DNA from: a virus | Taxonomy: Duplodnaviria > Caudoviricetes | Reading direction: 5' to 3' (one strand) | IMG/VR virus record: IMGVR_UViG_3300045117_000178 | Location: 1-59,847 of that record | Length of the DNA: 59,847 bases | Shown here: piece after piece, positions 45,102-53,479 of the stretch | Layout of the letters: every line of letters starts with the position of its first letter | How positions within the stretch are numbered: position 1 is the first letter of the stretch | The notes under the pieces: model-generated | What the model was told of the DNA's origin: nothing | Database searches by the model: none | What the model saw: the letters and a program-made list of their open reading frames with translations, nothing else | Made by a program: the position numbers and the translations under genes

Positions 45102-45130
45102 ATTCTAGGCGGGAAGATCTATGAGGTCAA
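45102..45130 (-). promoter_or_regulatory. sigma70-like promoter heading the head-tail operon
   Basis: TTGACC-N17-TAGAAT. Confidence 0.7.
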
Positions 45131-45161
45131 CGGATCTTGCCGCAACTCCGAGCCCTTGCCC

Positions 45162-45191
45162 TTGCTTATGCGAGGGCAACTAAAGTAGAAT
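45162..45191 (+). promoter_or_regulatory. sigma70-like promoter, leaderless
   Basis: TTGCTT-N18-TAGAAT-N5-ATG. Confidence 0.55.
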
Positions 45192-45196
45192 GAGTT

Positions 45197-45592
45197 ATGA
45201 TCCAAAACAGAACTGTGAGCAATGCCAGGTCCTTGACCAGCAAGCGCAAGGATTGGGATGAGTACCTCAGAAAAAACAGGGAGACCAACCGAAGACTCAG
45301 AGCGAATCTTCGTGCTGGAGCCATAGCCGCCCTTGGGGGGAAATGTGTCCGTTGCGGCTTTGGTGACATCCGCGCCCTTCAAATCGATCACATAGATGGT
45401 GATGGGGCAAAGGATCGCAAGGACCGCAAGATGAATCAGTGGATGTTCTACAAGTCGATTGCGGAACATGGTGGTCAAGGGAAGTACCAGTGTCTTTGTG
45501 CAAACTGCAACCAGATCAAAAAAATCGAGATGCGTGAACTTCCTCCGGGTCGGCAGCGCACTGAGTGGTACTATACCCACATCAAACGGTAA
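45197..45592 (+). CDS. HNH endonuclease
   Basis: LGGKCVRCG...LQIDHI...LCANCN; lower GC. Confidence 0.8.
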   Translation: MIQNRTVSNARSLTSKRKDWDEYLRKNRETNRRLRANLRAGAIAALGGKCVRCGFGDIRALQIDHIDGDGAKDRKDRKMNQWMFYKSIAEHGGQGKYQCLCANCNQIKKIEMRELPPGRQRTEWYYTHIKR

Positions 45593-45608
45593 CACGTGGA
45601 GCTTGAGA

Positions 45609-46382
45609 ATGGGAAGTGCTGAAGATATCAAGCCCGTAGCAACGCTGGCAGACTACGTCGAGCCCCACGAAGCCGCCGAAATGCTGGGGGTGAAGCGCTC
45701 CACGATCTGGAACTACATCAAGCGCGGGCTCCTCAAAGGACGACACTTCAAGGGTCAGGGGAGGCGGTACTTCATACGCAAGATCGACGTCCAATCCATC
45801 GTGAGCGCGAAGGAAGAGATCGATACGAACGGCGGATCTCTCAAAGAGATCATCGCGGGCATCAGGATTCGTCTGCACAGCATCGAGTCCAGGATGGACT
45901 TCCTGATGGAGGCGTTGGGTCTCCAAGTGTCGGTTCTCAGGGACAAACCAGTCGAGGACTTGCTGGCGATCTACAATGACGCGGTTCTGGCTGGGTCAAC
46001 GAACCCGCGCTTCATCCCCGCGGTGCAGGTACGCAAGTGGGCCGATGTGCTCTGCCAGTTCACAGAGCTGGAATTCCAACGACTGGTCGCACCTACGCAG
46101 GACATCCACCCGTGGAAGCCGCTCTTCGGCCTCTGCGTCAACCTCCTCACGGACTTCCGCCGCCGCAAGCGCTTCGGGTCCGACGTCAACATGCAGCAGA
46201 CGTACCGGGTGCTGGACAAGGCACGCAAGCAGCTCAGCCGGGCAGTGATGGTGTTCGAGAGCTCCATGGCTTCGAACTTCGGACCCATCAAATCCGCACG
46301 CATCCACAAGATCCATAGCCACGCGGACTCTCTCGACCGCTACATTGACGCCGAAGTAGGCCTCCCAGAACCTCCAAACTGA
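45609..46382 (+). CDS. Excisionase/MerR-like HTH DNA-binding protein
   Basis: EAAEMLGVKRSTIWNYIKRGLL; start uncertain. Confidence 0.75.
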   Translation: MGSAEDIKPVATLADYVEPHEAAEMLGVKRSTIWNYIKRGLLKGRHFKGQGRRYFIRKIDVQSIVSAKEEIDTNGGSLKEIIAGIRIRLHSIESRMDFLMEALGLQVSVLRDKPVEDLLAIYNDAVLAGSTNPRFIPAVQVRKWADVLCQFTELEFQRLVAPTQDIHPWKPLFGLCVNLLTDFRRRKRFGSDVNMQQTYRVLDKARKQLSRAVMVFESSMASNFGPIKSARIHKIHSHADSLDRYIDAEVGLPEPPN

Positions 46383-46408
46383 AAACCGATCCTCCTTCTT
46401 GGGATAAG
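46382..46408 (+). promoter_or_regulatory. ATAAG-class promoter motif
   Basis: AAAA-N18-ATAAG. Confidence 0.75.
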
Positions 46409-46458
46409 GATCGTAAGCCCAGAAATGGGTAACGATCCTTTGGCCAAAGGAGGAAAGG

Positions 46459-46803
46459 ATGGCAACGAAGCCTGCAGCAGCAGCAAAGAAGCGCGAGATC
46501 GTCCACAACCAGGACGGTCTCTTCATCCCCACCGAACGCATCCCCGAGGTGCGGGCGGCGGTCGGGGAGAAGAACTTCGACAAGGCCGTGCGGGAGGCTG
46601 GCCTCGACCCGAAGGACCTCGCCAGCCCGGGGTTCGGCGACATCATCGTCGATACCTGGGGGTCGGGCTGGAAGGGGAAGGTCACGATCGTGGTGGCCGG
46701 CGTCGGGGCCGTGACGCTCACCCTCACCCTGGTGGAGGGCGGGTTCCGCCTCGCCGGCAGCGAGGGGCCGCTGTCCTGGCTCGCGCACAAGCTGGTCGGC
46801 TGA
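46459..46803 (+). CDS. Hypothetical protein with C-terminal TM helix
   Basis: AAGGAGG RBS; hydrophobic segment. Confidence 0.8.
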   Translation: MATKPAAAAKKREIVHNQDGLFIPTERIPEVRAAVGEKNFDKAVREAGLDPKDLASPGFGDIIVDTWGSGWKGKVTIVVAGVGAVTLTLTLVEGGFRLAGSEGPLSWLAHKLVG

Positions 46804-46837
46804 GCACAGCACCATCACAAGAGCAGCAAAGGAGGGC

Positions 46838-46877
46838 TCCCGGTAGATGAAAACCGGGAGTTCTTCTTAGCTATAAG
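46838..46877 (+). terminator. Hairpin + TTAGCT terminator overlapping next ATAAG promoter
   Basis: CTCCCGGT-N8-ACCGGGAG TTCTTCTTAGCT ATAAG; AAAA 19 nt upstream of ATAAG lies in the loop. Confidence 0.7.
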
Positions 46878-46897
46878 ATCAATAAGAAAGGAGGACC

Positions 46898-47089
46898 ATG
46901 AACAAAGAACAATTGATCCGTGCCATCAAAGCGCAGATCCGTGGTGCCACCGGTAGGGACTACATCGTTGATTGGGATGTGATGACACCAGCAGAGCTCT
47001 CCACCGTGCTCAGGCTCCTGAAGGACATCGAGGACGAGGCCAAGATGCGCGCCAAGCAGCGGGCGCGCAGGATGGGCATCCCGCTCTGA
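46898..47089 (+). CDS. Small hypothetical protein
   Basis: AGAAAGGAGG RBS. Confidence 0.8.
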   Translation: MNKEQLIRAIKAQIRGATGRDYIVDWDVMTPAELSTVLRLLKDIEDEAKMRAKQRARRMGIPL

Positions 47090-47090
47090 C

Positions 47091-47117
47091 GGAACGCAGG
47101 GGGGCGTTCCATTAGCT
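47091..47117 (+). terminator. Hairpin + TTAGCT terminator
   Basis: GGAACGC-N6-GCGTTCC ATTAGCT. Confidence 0.7.
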
Positions 47118-47119
47118 TG

Positions 47120-47147
47120 AAAACCGGACTGCCTTTCTTGGGATAAG
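47120..47147 (+). promoter_or_regulatory. ATAAG-class promoter motif
   Basis: AAAA-N19-ATAAG. Confidence 0.75.
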
Positions 47148-47173
47148 GATCGTAACCAAGAGAGGAGATTGTT

Positions 47174-47578
47174 ATGATCCATCGTCTTTGTGAGTGGCAC
47201 AACTACGACGGGGACATGCGGGGCTGGTCCCGCGGTGCCCATGGCTCGCCCGACATCGCGTGCAACGCCTGTAGGGCGGACGGGTCGTTCACCCCCGAGG
47301 AGGTGGGGGAGTACGAGCGGGAGGAGGAGGCGGAGATCGAGCGCCGCGCTCGCATCGTCACGGCCGGCAATGGGGCGCAGCTGCGCATCACCTGCCACAG
47401 CCCGCCGTTCAGTTCCGGCGGCGACTACAGGGTGATCCTGCTGTCCGGGGCGTGGCCGACCTCGGATGAGCTCATCAACCTCTGCAGCGCCGGCCACGCC
47501 CCCTTCGGGGGGTACGTGCGCATCGACGTTCACAAGGGCGAGCCAGTCGCCCACGTCTACGTGAACGGGACCGACTAG
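47174..47578 (+). CDS. Hypothetical protein
   Basis: GAGGAG RBS; N-terminal Cys/His cluster. Confidence 0.75.
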   Translation: MIHRLCEWHNYDGDMRGWSRGAHGSPDIACNACRADGSFTPEEVGEYEREEEAEIERRARIVTAGNGAQLRITCHSPPFSSGGDYRVILLSGAWPTSDELINLCSAGHAPFGGYVRIDVHKGEPVAHVYVNGTD

Positions 47579-47614
47579 GCTCCCTGGGTTCTCCAGGTCG
47601 AGTCTTCATTAGCT
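47578..47614 (+). terminator. Hairpin + TTAGCT terminator
   Basis: GGCTC-CCTGG-loop-CCAGG-TC-GAGTC then TTCATTAGCT. Confidence 0.55.
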
Positions 47615-49463
47615 AGCGCTTGCGCTTGGGGCGGAAGTCCTCGCCCGAGTCCTTCAGCGGCGCGATGATGTCCGGACGTGGGTACTTGATCATGGATGCC
47701 AGGAAGCAGTACACGATCGAGTGGAAGGTGTCGTCCGTGGTGCCGGGCGAGTGATTGTAGATCGTCATGCGCAGCTGCTTGCTGTACTCGCTGAAGATGT
47801 TGAGGATGTCTTGTCCGTAGGGCTCGAAGAAGTCATCCCAGTTCGGCAGCGCGATCTGCTTGCGGATCATCGCGTTGAACACGTCGCTCATGACCTCTGT
47901 GCGGTGGCACATGAACCGACGTAGCTGCGGCTGCCAGAAGATCTTGCCCTTCTTCTGGTTGGGGTTGTACTGGTACTTGAGCACCTTCTGCGGCCCGAAC
48001 GCGCGGACAAGGTGGTCATTGCGATCGAAGCCACCGCCGTAGTCGCAGCCGGTGATCTGGACGTTGTACCGCGCGAGGATGTTGCAGATGCGGTCGAGCT
48101 GCCGCACAGGCTCCAGGTCCTCACCCACGAAACGGTGTACCCAGAAGACGGTGAAGGCACCAGTCCCGAAGTACGTGCCCAGAGAGATCACGGTGTACGC
48201 ATTCTCTCCCGTCCCCCAGTCGATGCCGGCGAAGATGTCCTGGGTGTGACCGAACTTCATGTAGTACTCGAAGTCGCTGATCCGAATGTCCTCCTTGCAG
48301 CACGCCTTCAGCTGACCTCGAGTGATGGGACGAGTACCGCTGTCGTAGGAGAGGCCGAGGACCTCGTTGTTGAACTTCTGCCTCGGGTAGCGCTTCTGTT
48401 TCTCGAGCAGCCCCTTCCAGCCGTCAGGCGTCTTGACCACCCATGGCACCAGCAGCTGGCTGATGTGGTAGCCCTCGAACGTCACCTTCTCCTTGTTGCT
48501 GTCGGTCGCGGGATTCATCGCAGACCACACAGCGTCAGGGTGGTAGATTTCGATCGGCTGGTGGCAACGGTCGCAGATCAGTCCCTCGGCCCCGATGTTG
48601 TCCTCACCCAAGATGTTCCAATGCCAGGTGCTCTTGTCGCCGGGCACACCATGGTGCTCACAGGGGACGACCCACTCGTTCTGCGTGGAGAAGTTCGCCC
48701 AGTAGTACTCGATGGTGTTGTCTAGGCTCTTGGGCGTGCCGGAGTAGATGAAGATCTTCCAGTCGCTGTGGCTGGCGCACTCCTCGATGACGGGGATGTT
48801 GTCGACCAGGATGTCCTGGATCTCGTCGATGTCTATCAGATCCGTGGGGATACCGCGGACGCGGTCGGCCGTGAGGTAGGCGTAGCGAAGACGGATCTGA
48901 GAGTAGTTGATGAACTTCTTGTGGAAGACCGCATTCGTGAGCTTGGTGTTGGTGTACGCCTGAACGACCGGGCTCATGCTGATCGGGTCAGCGAGACGAT
49001 CGTTGGAGAACACCTTGGTCTGCTCGGCCGAGGGGCTGACGTACAGGCTCTTGAAGTAGTTGATGAGGCAGCTGTAGGCGAGCAGCTTGTTGCCGAGCGT
49101 CGTGCTCTTCTCGACCTGGCGGCCGGCCTTCAGCAGCGTCTTCTTCTCACCCGTGTCGTAGACTCGGCGGAGGTACGGGCGCTCTGCGAACGAGAAGTTG
49201 TCGACCTTGCCCTTGTCCGCAATGCGAATGGCGGTCTCTGAGAACTCGGACGGGGAGACGTTGTAGACGTAGTCGATCTTGGCTTCCGACTCGTCGACGT
49301 CTTCTGGCTCTTCATCGAAGCCGTAGTCCCTGGGCTCACCCTCTTCATCGAGATCGTAGAACGGCTCAGTGTAGATCTTGCCGTCCACAAGCTGCTGTGC
49401 GAGAGCGATCGGAACATCGATCTCTGCGCGGCGTGCTCGAACTCGACGAAGGTCAACAAGCAA
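47613..49463 (-). CDS. Terminase large subunit (lambda GpA-like)
   Basis: KAGRQVEKST Walker A, IDIDEIQD Walker B, SGTPK, C..H/CDRC Zn site, AGIDWG nuclease, DDTFH; start uncertain. Confidence 0.9.
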   Translation of the reverse strand: MLVDLRRVRARRAEIDVPIALAQQLVDGKIYTEPFYDLDEEGEPRDYGFDEEPEDVDESEAKIDYVYNVSPSEFSETAIRIADKGKVDNFSFAERPYLRRVYDTGEKKTLLKAGRQVEKSTTLGNKLLAYSCLINYFKSLYVSPSAEQTKVFSNDRLADPISMSPVVQAYTNTKLTNAVFHKKFINYSQIRLRYAYLTADRVRGIPTDLIDIDEIQDILVDNIPVIEECASHSDWKIFIYSGTPKSLDNTIEYYWANFSTQNEWVVPCEHHGVPGDKSTWHWNILGEDNIGAEGLICDRCHQPIEIYHPDAVWSAMNPATDSNKEKVTFEGYHISQLLVPWVVKTPDGWKGLLEKQKRYPRQKFNNEVLGLSYDSGTRPITRGQLKACCKEDIRISDFEYYMKFGHTQDIFAGIDWGTGENAYTVISLGTYFGTGAFTVFWVHRFVGEDLEPVRQLDRICNILARYNVQITGCDYGGGFDRNDHLVRAFGPQKVLKYQYNPNQKKGKIFWQPQLRRFMCHRTEVMSDVFNAMIRKQIALPNWDDFFEPYGQDILNIFSEYSKQLRMTIYNHSPGTTDDTFHSIVYCFLASMIKYPRPDIIAPLKDSGEDFRPKRKR

Positions 49464-49487
49464 AACGAGAACCCCACTTGTTATAAG
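49462..49487 (+). promoter_or_regulatory. ATAAG-class promoter motif
   Basis: AAAA-N17-ATAAG. Confidence 0.65.
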
Positions 49488-49491
49488 AGAC

Positions 49492-49868
49492 TTGTAGCGG
49501 AAGCGACGTAAGTTTCTTTCGCTGCGCGCGCAACCTCCGTGTGGTGGTAGGAGGTAGGGTCAATCAGGCCCTCGCTCTCGGTATTTCTAGTTGGGCTTCG
49601 GCCCTTCATCCGAATCGCCTTGAGCATCCGGCCACCAAAACGTGGGAGGCGTTTCCTCCAAGTGTCTCGAGCTTCTATTGCTCCCCCTCGATCAACCAAC
49701 ACCCTAATAGGGACACGTTGGGTGGAGCGTAGTAGCAGAGGGACGCTTTGTCCCCTGGGTGACTAAGCGCCGCGTAGATCCGGCGCGGATCCCAGCCCGC
49801 CACAGCCGGGTAATGCTACTGCGCACCATTCAACGCGGATTGGCGGCTTGGCCGCCAATCATTTAGCT
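49492..49868 (+). ncRNA. Candidate highly structured ncRNA (~375 nt)
   Basis: ATAAG to GATTGGCGGC-TTG-GCCGCCAATC-ATTTAGCT; many hairpins incl. UUCG; no RBS-led ORF. Confidence 0.6.
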
Positions 49869-50290
49869 AGCCCCTCTCCGACCTTCCGATCCAGCACCTC
49901 CGCGAACCTGCGGAAGGTGTCCTCATTCGGAGGCAGAGGACGCCTGTTGATGGCCGGCACCGTCACACAGTAGCTGTTGACCTCGGGGATGAACTCCACC
50001 AGAGGCTTGACCGTGGGGTACGACTCCTCGGCCGCGGCCAGGACGTCGAGACCGAAGCTCCCACTGCCCCAGTACCCGTCCTCGACCGTCGGACCCTTCC
50101 ACACGTGGTAGAGTAGGTCTCCCTCCTTCACCAGGTACTTCACGATCACGTGGTCGGTCTCCAGCAGTGGAGCGGCCACCACAACCGCCTTCTCCACGTC
50201 CGAGACCTTGGCGTCGCCCGCCTGGACACCCTTCATGACCTGCGCGCGGTCCTCGTCGCTGATGAATGCTGGCTTCGGTAGATCGTTCAT
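49859..50290 (-). CDS. Hypothetical protein
   Basis: 143 aa, AGGAGG RBS. Confidence 0.75.
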   Translation of the reverse strand: MNDLPKPAFISDEDRAQVMKGVQAGDAKVSDVEKAVVVAAPLLETDHVIVKYLVKEGDLLYHVWKGPTVEDGYWGSGSFGLDVLAAAEESYPTVKPLVEFIPEVNSYCVTVPAINRRPLPPNEDTFRRFAEVLDRKVGEGLAK

Positions 50291-50299
50291 CCGGCCCTC

Positions 50300-51178
50300 C
50301 TAGAAGTCTTCGTCATCGACGTCAGTGCCCTCGCCCGACTTGCTGAAGTTGCCCTGCGGTGTGAGCTGCTTGATATCGATGACCTTGGCATGATCCATCT
50401 TCATACGGAACTGCTGGAACTGCCTCAACACGTCCTGTAGCGCGACGTCGCTCTGACGAAGGATGTTGTTCGCCTTCTCCAGAGTCGTGATGCAGTTCTT
50501 GAGCGCCATGCTCGTGTCGACCGTGCAACGCTGGTTCTCGAGCTCGAGCGCGTGCTTGACAGCGATTTGCCCGATGCGCGCGGCTGCCTCGACCATGTTG
50601 AAGTTGGCCGGCGGCGCGCTGATGCCTACCACCCACGGTAGGTGCTTGGGTGCGAGGTCGGAAGGAGTCAGCAGGCCCTGGACGAGGACGTTCGAGCCCG
50701 CGTGTCCATCGAAGTACTCCAGCCACTGACCCGAGGTCAGCAGGCCCCGATTCCAGAAGTAGTGCCGGTACGCCGTCACCCCGTCCCTGGTGAGAATGAT
50801 CGTGGTGTACTTTCTTAGCTTCTTGGCCACGACCGCCGGGTGCATGGTCGAGAGCAGAAGCGGCCGGAGCTTCTCCTGCAGGTAGGAATCGCGAAGGATG
50901 GCCACCGCCTCTCGCGCACTGGGCGTCTGCGCCCACATGTCGAAGATCTTGTGAGCCTTCAACCAGCGCCTGGTGTCGAGGTCCAACGGGTCGTCAGGAC
51001 GAAATGGGTCCGGGCGCGGTTCCATCTCGTCATGAACATGACGGATGTACCCCAGGTTGAGGCCGTCCAGACCCAGCTGGTCCAGCTGGTCCATGATCCG
51101 CTGTTCGTCGAAAGCCGCCTCCCGCGAGATCAGGAACTTGATGTAGAACTCGCAGGGGCTCCTGACAGGAAGTCTCAT
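50300..51178 (-). CDS. Hypothetical protein
   Basis: 292 aa, ATGA-coupled. Confidence 0.75.
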   Translation of the reverse strand: MRLPVRSPCEFYIKFLISREAAFDEQRIMDQLDQLGLDGLNLGYIRHVHDEMEPRPDPFRPDDPLDLDTRRWLKAHKIFDMWAQTPSAREAVAILRDSYLQEKLRPLLLSTMHPAVVAKKLRKYTTIILTRDGVTAYRHYFWNRGLLTSGQWLEYFDGHAGSNVLVQGLLTPSDLAPKHLPWVVGISAPPANFNMVEAAARIGQIAVKHALELENQRCTVDTSMALKNCITTLEKANNILRQSDVALQDVLRQFQQFRMKMDHAKVIDIKQLTPQGNFSKSGEGTDVDDEDF

Positions 51179-53184
51179 GCTTGGGGATGCTGCACAAGCT
51201 CCCGTAGACCGTCGATGACCCTGTCGAGGTGGCGTGTCACGCGCTCGAGCGCTCCGGTGTCGACGTTCGACAGGCCGAGACGAGAGGCGATCAGCAGCTC
51301 GCTGAGCTTGCTGAGGGTGTCCTCGAACTCCGGCAAGTACGACACGAACGTCGAGACGTTCTCGGGATTGAGGAAGCCGATGGAAAGGACTCGATCCACC
51401 GAGAGCGGATCATCCAGAGACGCTGCCTCCTTCAGCATCAGGACGTTGATCTTCGGCAGGCGGTTGATGTACTTCTCCGCGCGCTTCTCGGCCGCAGCGT
51501 ACTTCTCGGCAGCGAGAGTGACCGGCCGCACTCCCTCTATCGAGCACCACCTGCTCAGCTTCTTCGCGGACGCCAGCTTGGTCTTGGCGAACTCGGGGTC
51601 CACACCCAGAACGGCGAGGTTGAACACCGCCTGGTCATGGTCGATGAACTTCACGGGTAGCACGGCGGCCAGCTTCTCCACGGGCTGGCCGCGCATGCTG
51701 TACGTCCCACCCGACTCCCACATGATCTCCACCTGATGGGGGAGCTTGCGCGCGGCCGCGGTCTTGGAGAACTCGTCGGGGGTGGAGGCGAGATCGGTCA
51801 TCTCCCGCATCGGGAGCCATCCGCAGTCCGCGGGGACGGCGAACACCATCTCGGACATGGGGGAGATCTCCTGGATGCCAGGAACCAGCTGGACCTGGAC
51901 CTCACTGCCCATGATCGTCTGCGCGTGGTAGGTGTCCTTGCCATCCGGCCCTTGGACCACCCCCATGATGGTCATCGGGACCAGGGCCACGGCGCTGCCG
52001 CCGCGAGAGTAGTAGAAGCACCCGAACCCCTTTGGCGGCTCATCGATGATGTTCGTGCCCTTGCCCACGAGACTGCCAGCGACATCGTCCTGGAAGGCCG
52101 ACTCGCTGCCGTTGGAGAAGATCGAGGTCGAGAGGTTGTGGCCGTCGAGGTCGATGCAGCTCGGGAACACCCAGCCCATGAGCTCCTTGCCGTCCATGGT
52201 CTTGACCTTGTACTCGCCGAACTCGTCCACGACCTTGACGGTCGCATCGTCGAGCGTGTCCTTGACCGCGGCGTTGGTGGAGACCGTGACCGTCCCGTTC
52301 CTCTCGACCTTGTTGACGATGTCCGACCCCAGCATCTCGGTGGCCTCCGGCCGACCGACGACTTCCTCCTGTGGCAGGAGGGTCTCGGGGTTGGCGGTCT
52401 TGATCAGGAAGCCGCCCGCCGTCTTCACGATCTGGATGACCTTCGGCGGGATCGCGTGGAGGGCCTCCTTCATCATGTCCTGCCCAGTGGACGACGGGGT
52501 GTGCCGCATACCGGCTAGCTTCGACAGCCAGCTGAGGGTTGCCCGGTTGTCGAGTAGTGCATGCCGCAGATCTCTGTCTTCGTTCATCAGCTGCTCGACA
52601 GCATCGACCTGCGCCTGCTTCACGCTCTCCCTGATGACGTCCATCAGGAACTCCTGACGGACAGCGGAGGTCTTGGGCGTCTCGAGCTGACCGACACGGG
52701 CGTTGCCGAGCCCGAACCCACCCGAACGGTAGGGCGGGTAGAGGATGTTCAGCATGTCCTGGTCGCCCGGCCTCTCGGCCGCGGCTTCGAACACCTGGGG
52801 CCTGAACATCGCGCGCTTGAGGCGCTCCTCCGTCAGCGGCTGGGCCTTCCCGTTCTGGATGAAGGTGTCCAGCGGGCTCATCCGGCCCTCGTTGACGATG
52901 ACCGGGATCATCGCCATGTTCATGCCCTGAGCGCCGGAGCTCACGCTGTACTCGAGGGGGTTGACCGCGAGCTTGTTGGTGATCTCGACGGCCCCGATGG
53001 CGTACCGACGCTCGGGGTCCAGCTCGTTGATGACGATCTTTGGATCGAAGTCCCCCACGTACGAGGCCTGGCGGTAGAGCTCGTTCATGATCTCCGACTG
53101 CCAGTCGTCCGGGTTCTCGGAGAGACGGGTGAAGGCCGCGGCGAACTTCTGAAGCCCCTTCGGATTGTCCAGGAAAAGGTCCAT
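51175..53184 (-). CDS. Large KxA-containing putative head protein
   Basis: 669 aa; KFA, KQA, KLA, KTA, KEA motifs. Confidence 0.75.
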   Translation of the reverse strand: MDLFLDNPKGLQKFAAAFTRLSENPDDWQSEIMNELYRQASYVGDFDPKIVINELDPERRYAIGAVEITNKLAVNPLEYSVSSGAQGMNMAMIPVIVNEGRMSPLDTFIQNGKAQPLTEERLKRAMFRPQVFEAAAERPGDQDMLNILYPPYRSGGFGLGNARVGQLETPKTSAVRQEFLMDVIRESVKQAQVDAVEQLMNEDRDLRHALLDNRATLSWLSKLAGMRHTPSSTGQDMMKEALHAIPPKVIQIVKTAGGFLIKTANPETLLPQEEVVGRPEATEMLGSDIVNKVERNGTVTVSTNAAVKDTLDDATVKVVDEFGEYKVKTMDGKELMGWVFPSCIDLDGHNLSTSIFSNGSESAFQDDVAGSLVGKGTNIIDEPPKGFGCFYYSRGGSAVALVPMTIMGVVQGPDGKDTYHAQTIMGSEVQVQLVPGIQEISPMSEMVFAVPADCGWLPMREMTDLASTPDEFSKTAAARKLPHQVEIMWESGGTYSMRGQPVEKLAAVLPVKFIDHDQAVFNLAVLGVDPEFAKTKLASAKKLSRWCSIEGVRPVTLAAEKYAAAEKRAEKYINRLPKINVLMLKEAASLDDPLSVDRVLSIGFLNPENVSTFVSYLPEFEDTLSKLSELLIASRLGLSNVDTGALERVTRHLDRVIDGLRELVQHPQA

Positions 53185-53204
53185 CTTCTTCGTCTCCTAC
53201 GTGA

Positions 53205-53234
53205 AGGCTACCTCTGATCGAGGCTCCACCGCAA
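53205..53234 (-). promoter_or_regulatory. sigma70-like promoter
   Basis: TTGCGG-N18-TAGCCT. Confidence 0.45.
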
Positions 53235-53242
53235 GTGGAGAT

Positions 53243-53479
53243 CTACGGCAACTCCGGTTGAACGTGGCTGTAGACCGACTCCGCGACGGCCTTCGCAATC
53301 ACGTGGGCTGTGCCCTCATCCATGTAGATGTCCCCCACTGTGGGGATCATCTGGATCGTCGTCGTCCCGTCCGGCTGCGGGATCTCTTTGGTGGCGACTG
53401 AGACCGTCACGCCCCTGGCTATGGGGTTCGCTCTCAGCTTGCTGAAGATCATGTCCTCCAGTGCCTTGGCGGAGATCAT
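53243..53479 (-). CDS. Small baseplate-associated hypothetical protein
   Basis: ATGA overlap with spike gene. Confidence 0.65.
   Translation of the reverse strand: MISAKALEDMIFSKLRANPIARGVTVSVATKEIPQPDGTTTIQMIPTVGDIYMDEGTAHVIAKAVAESVYSHVQPELP

Noticed and set aside
50815-50820. TTAGCT inside a coding region (also AGCTAA at 5261 and 20973)
   Set aside because: No convincing preceding hairpin or ATAAG unit; background occurrences
50300-51178. Terminase small subunit
   Set aside because: Position is suggestive but no recognisable motif supports it
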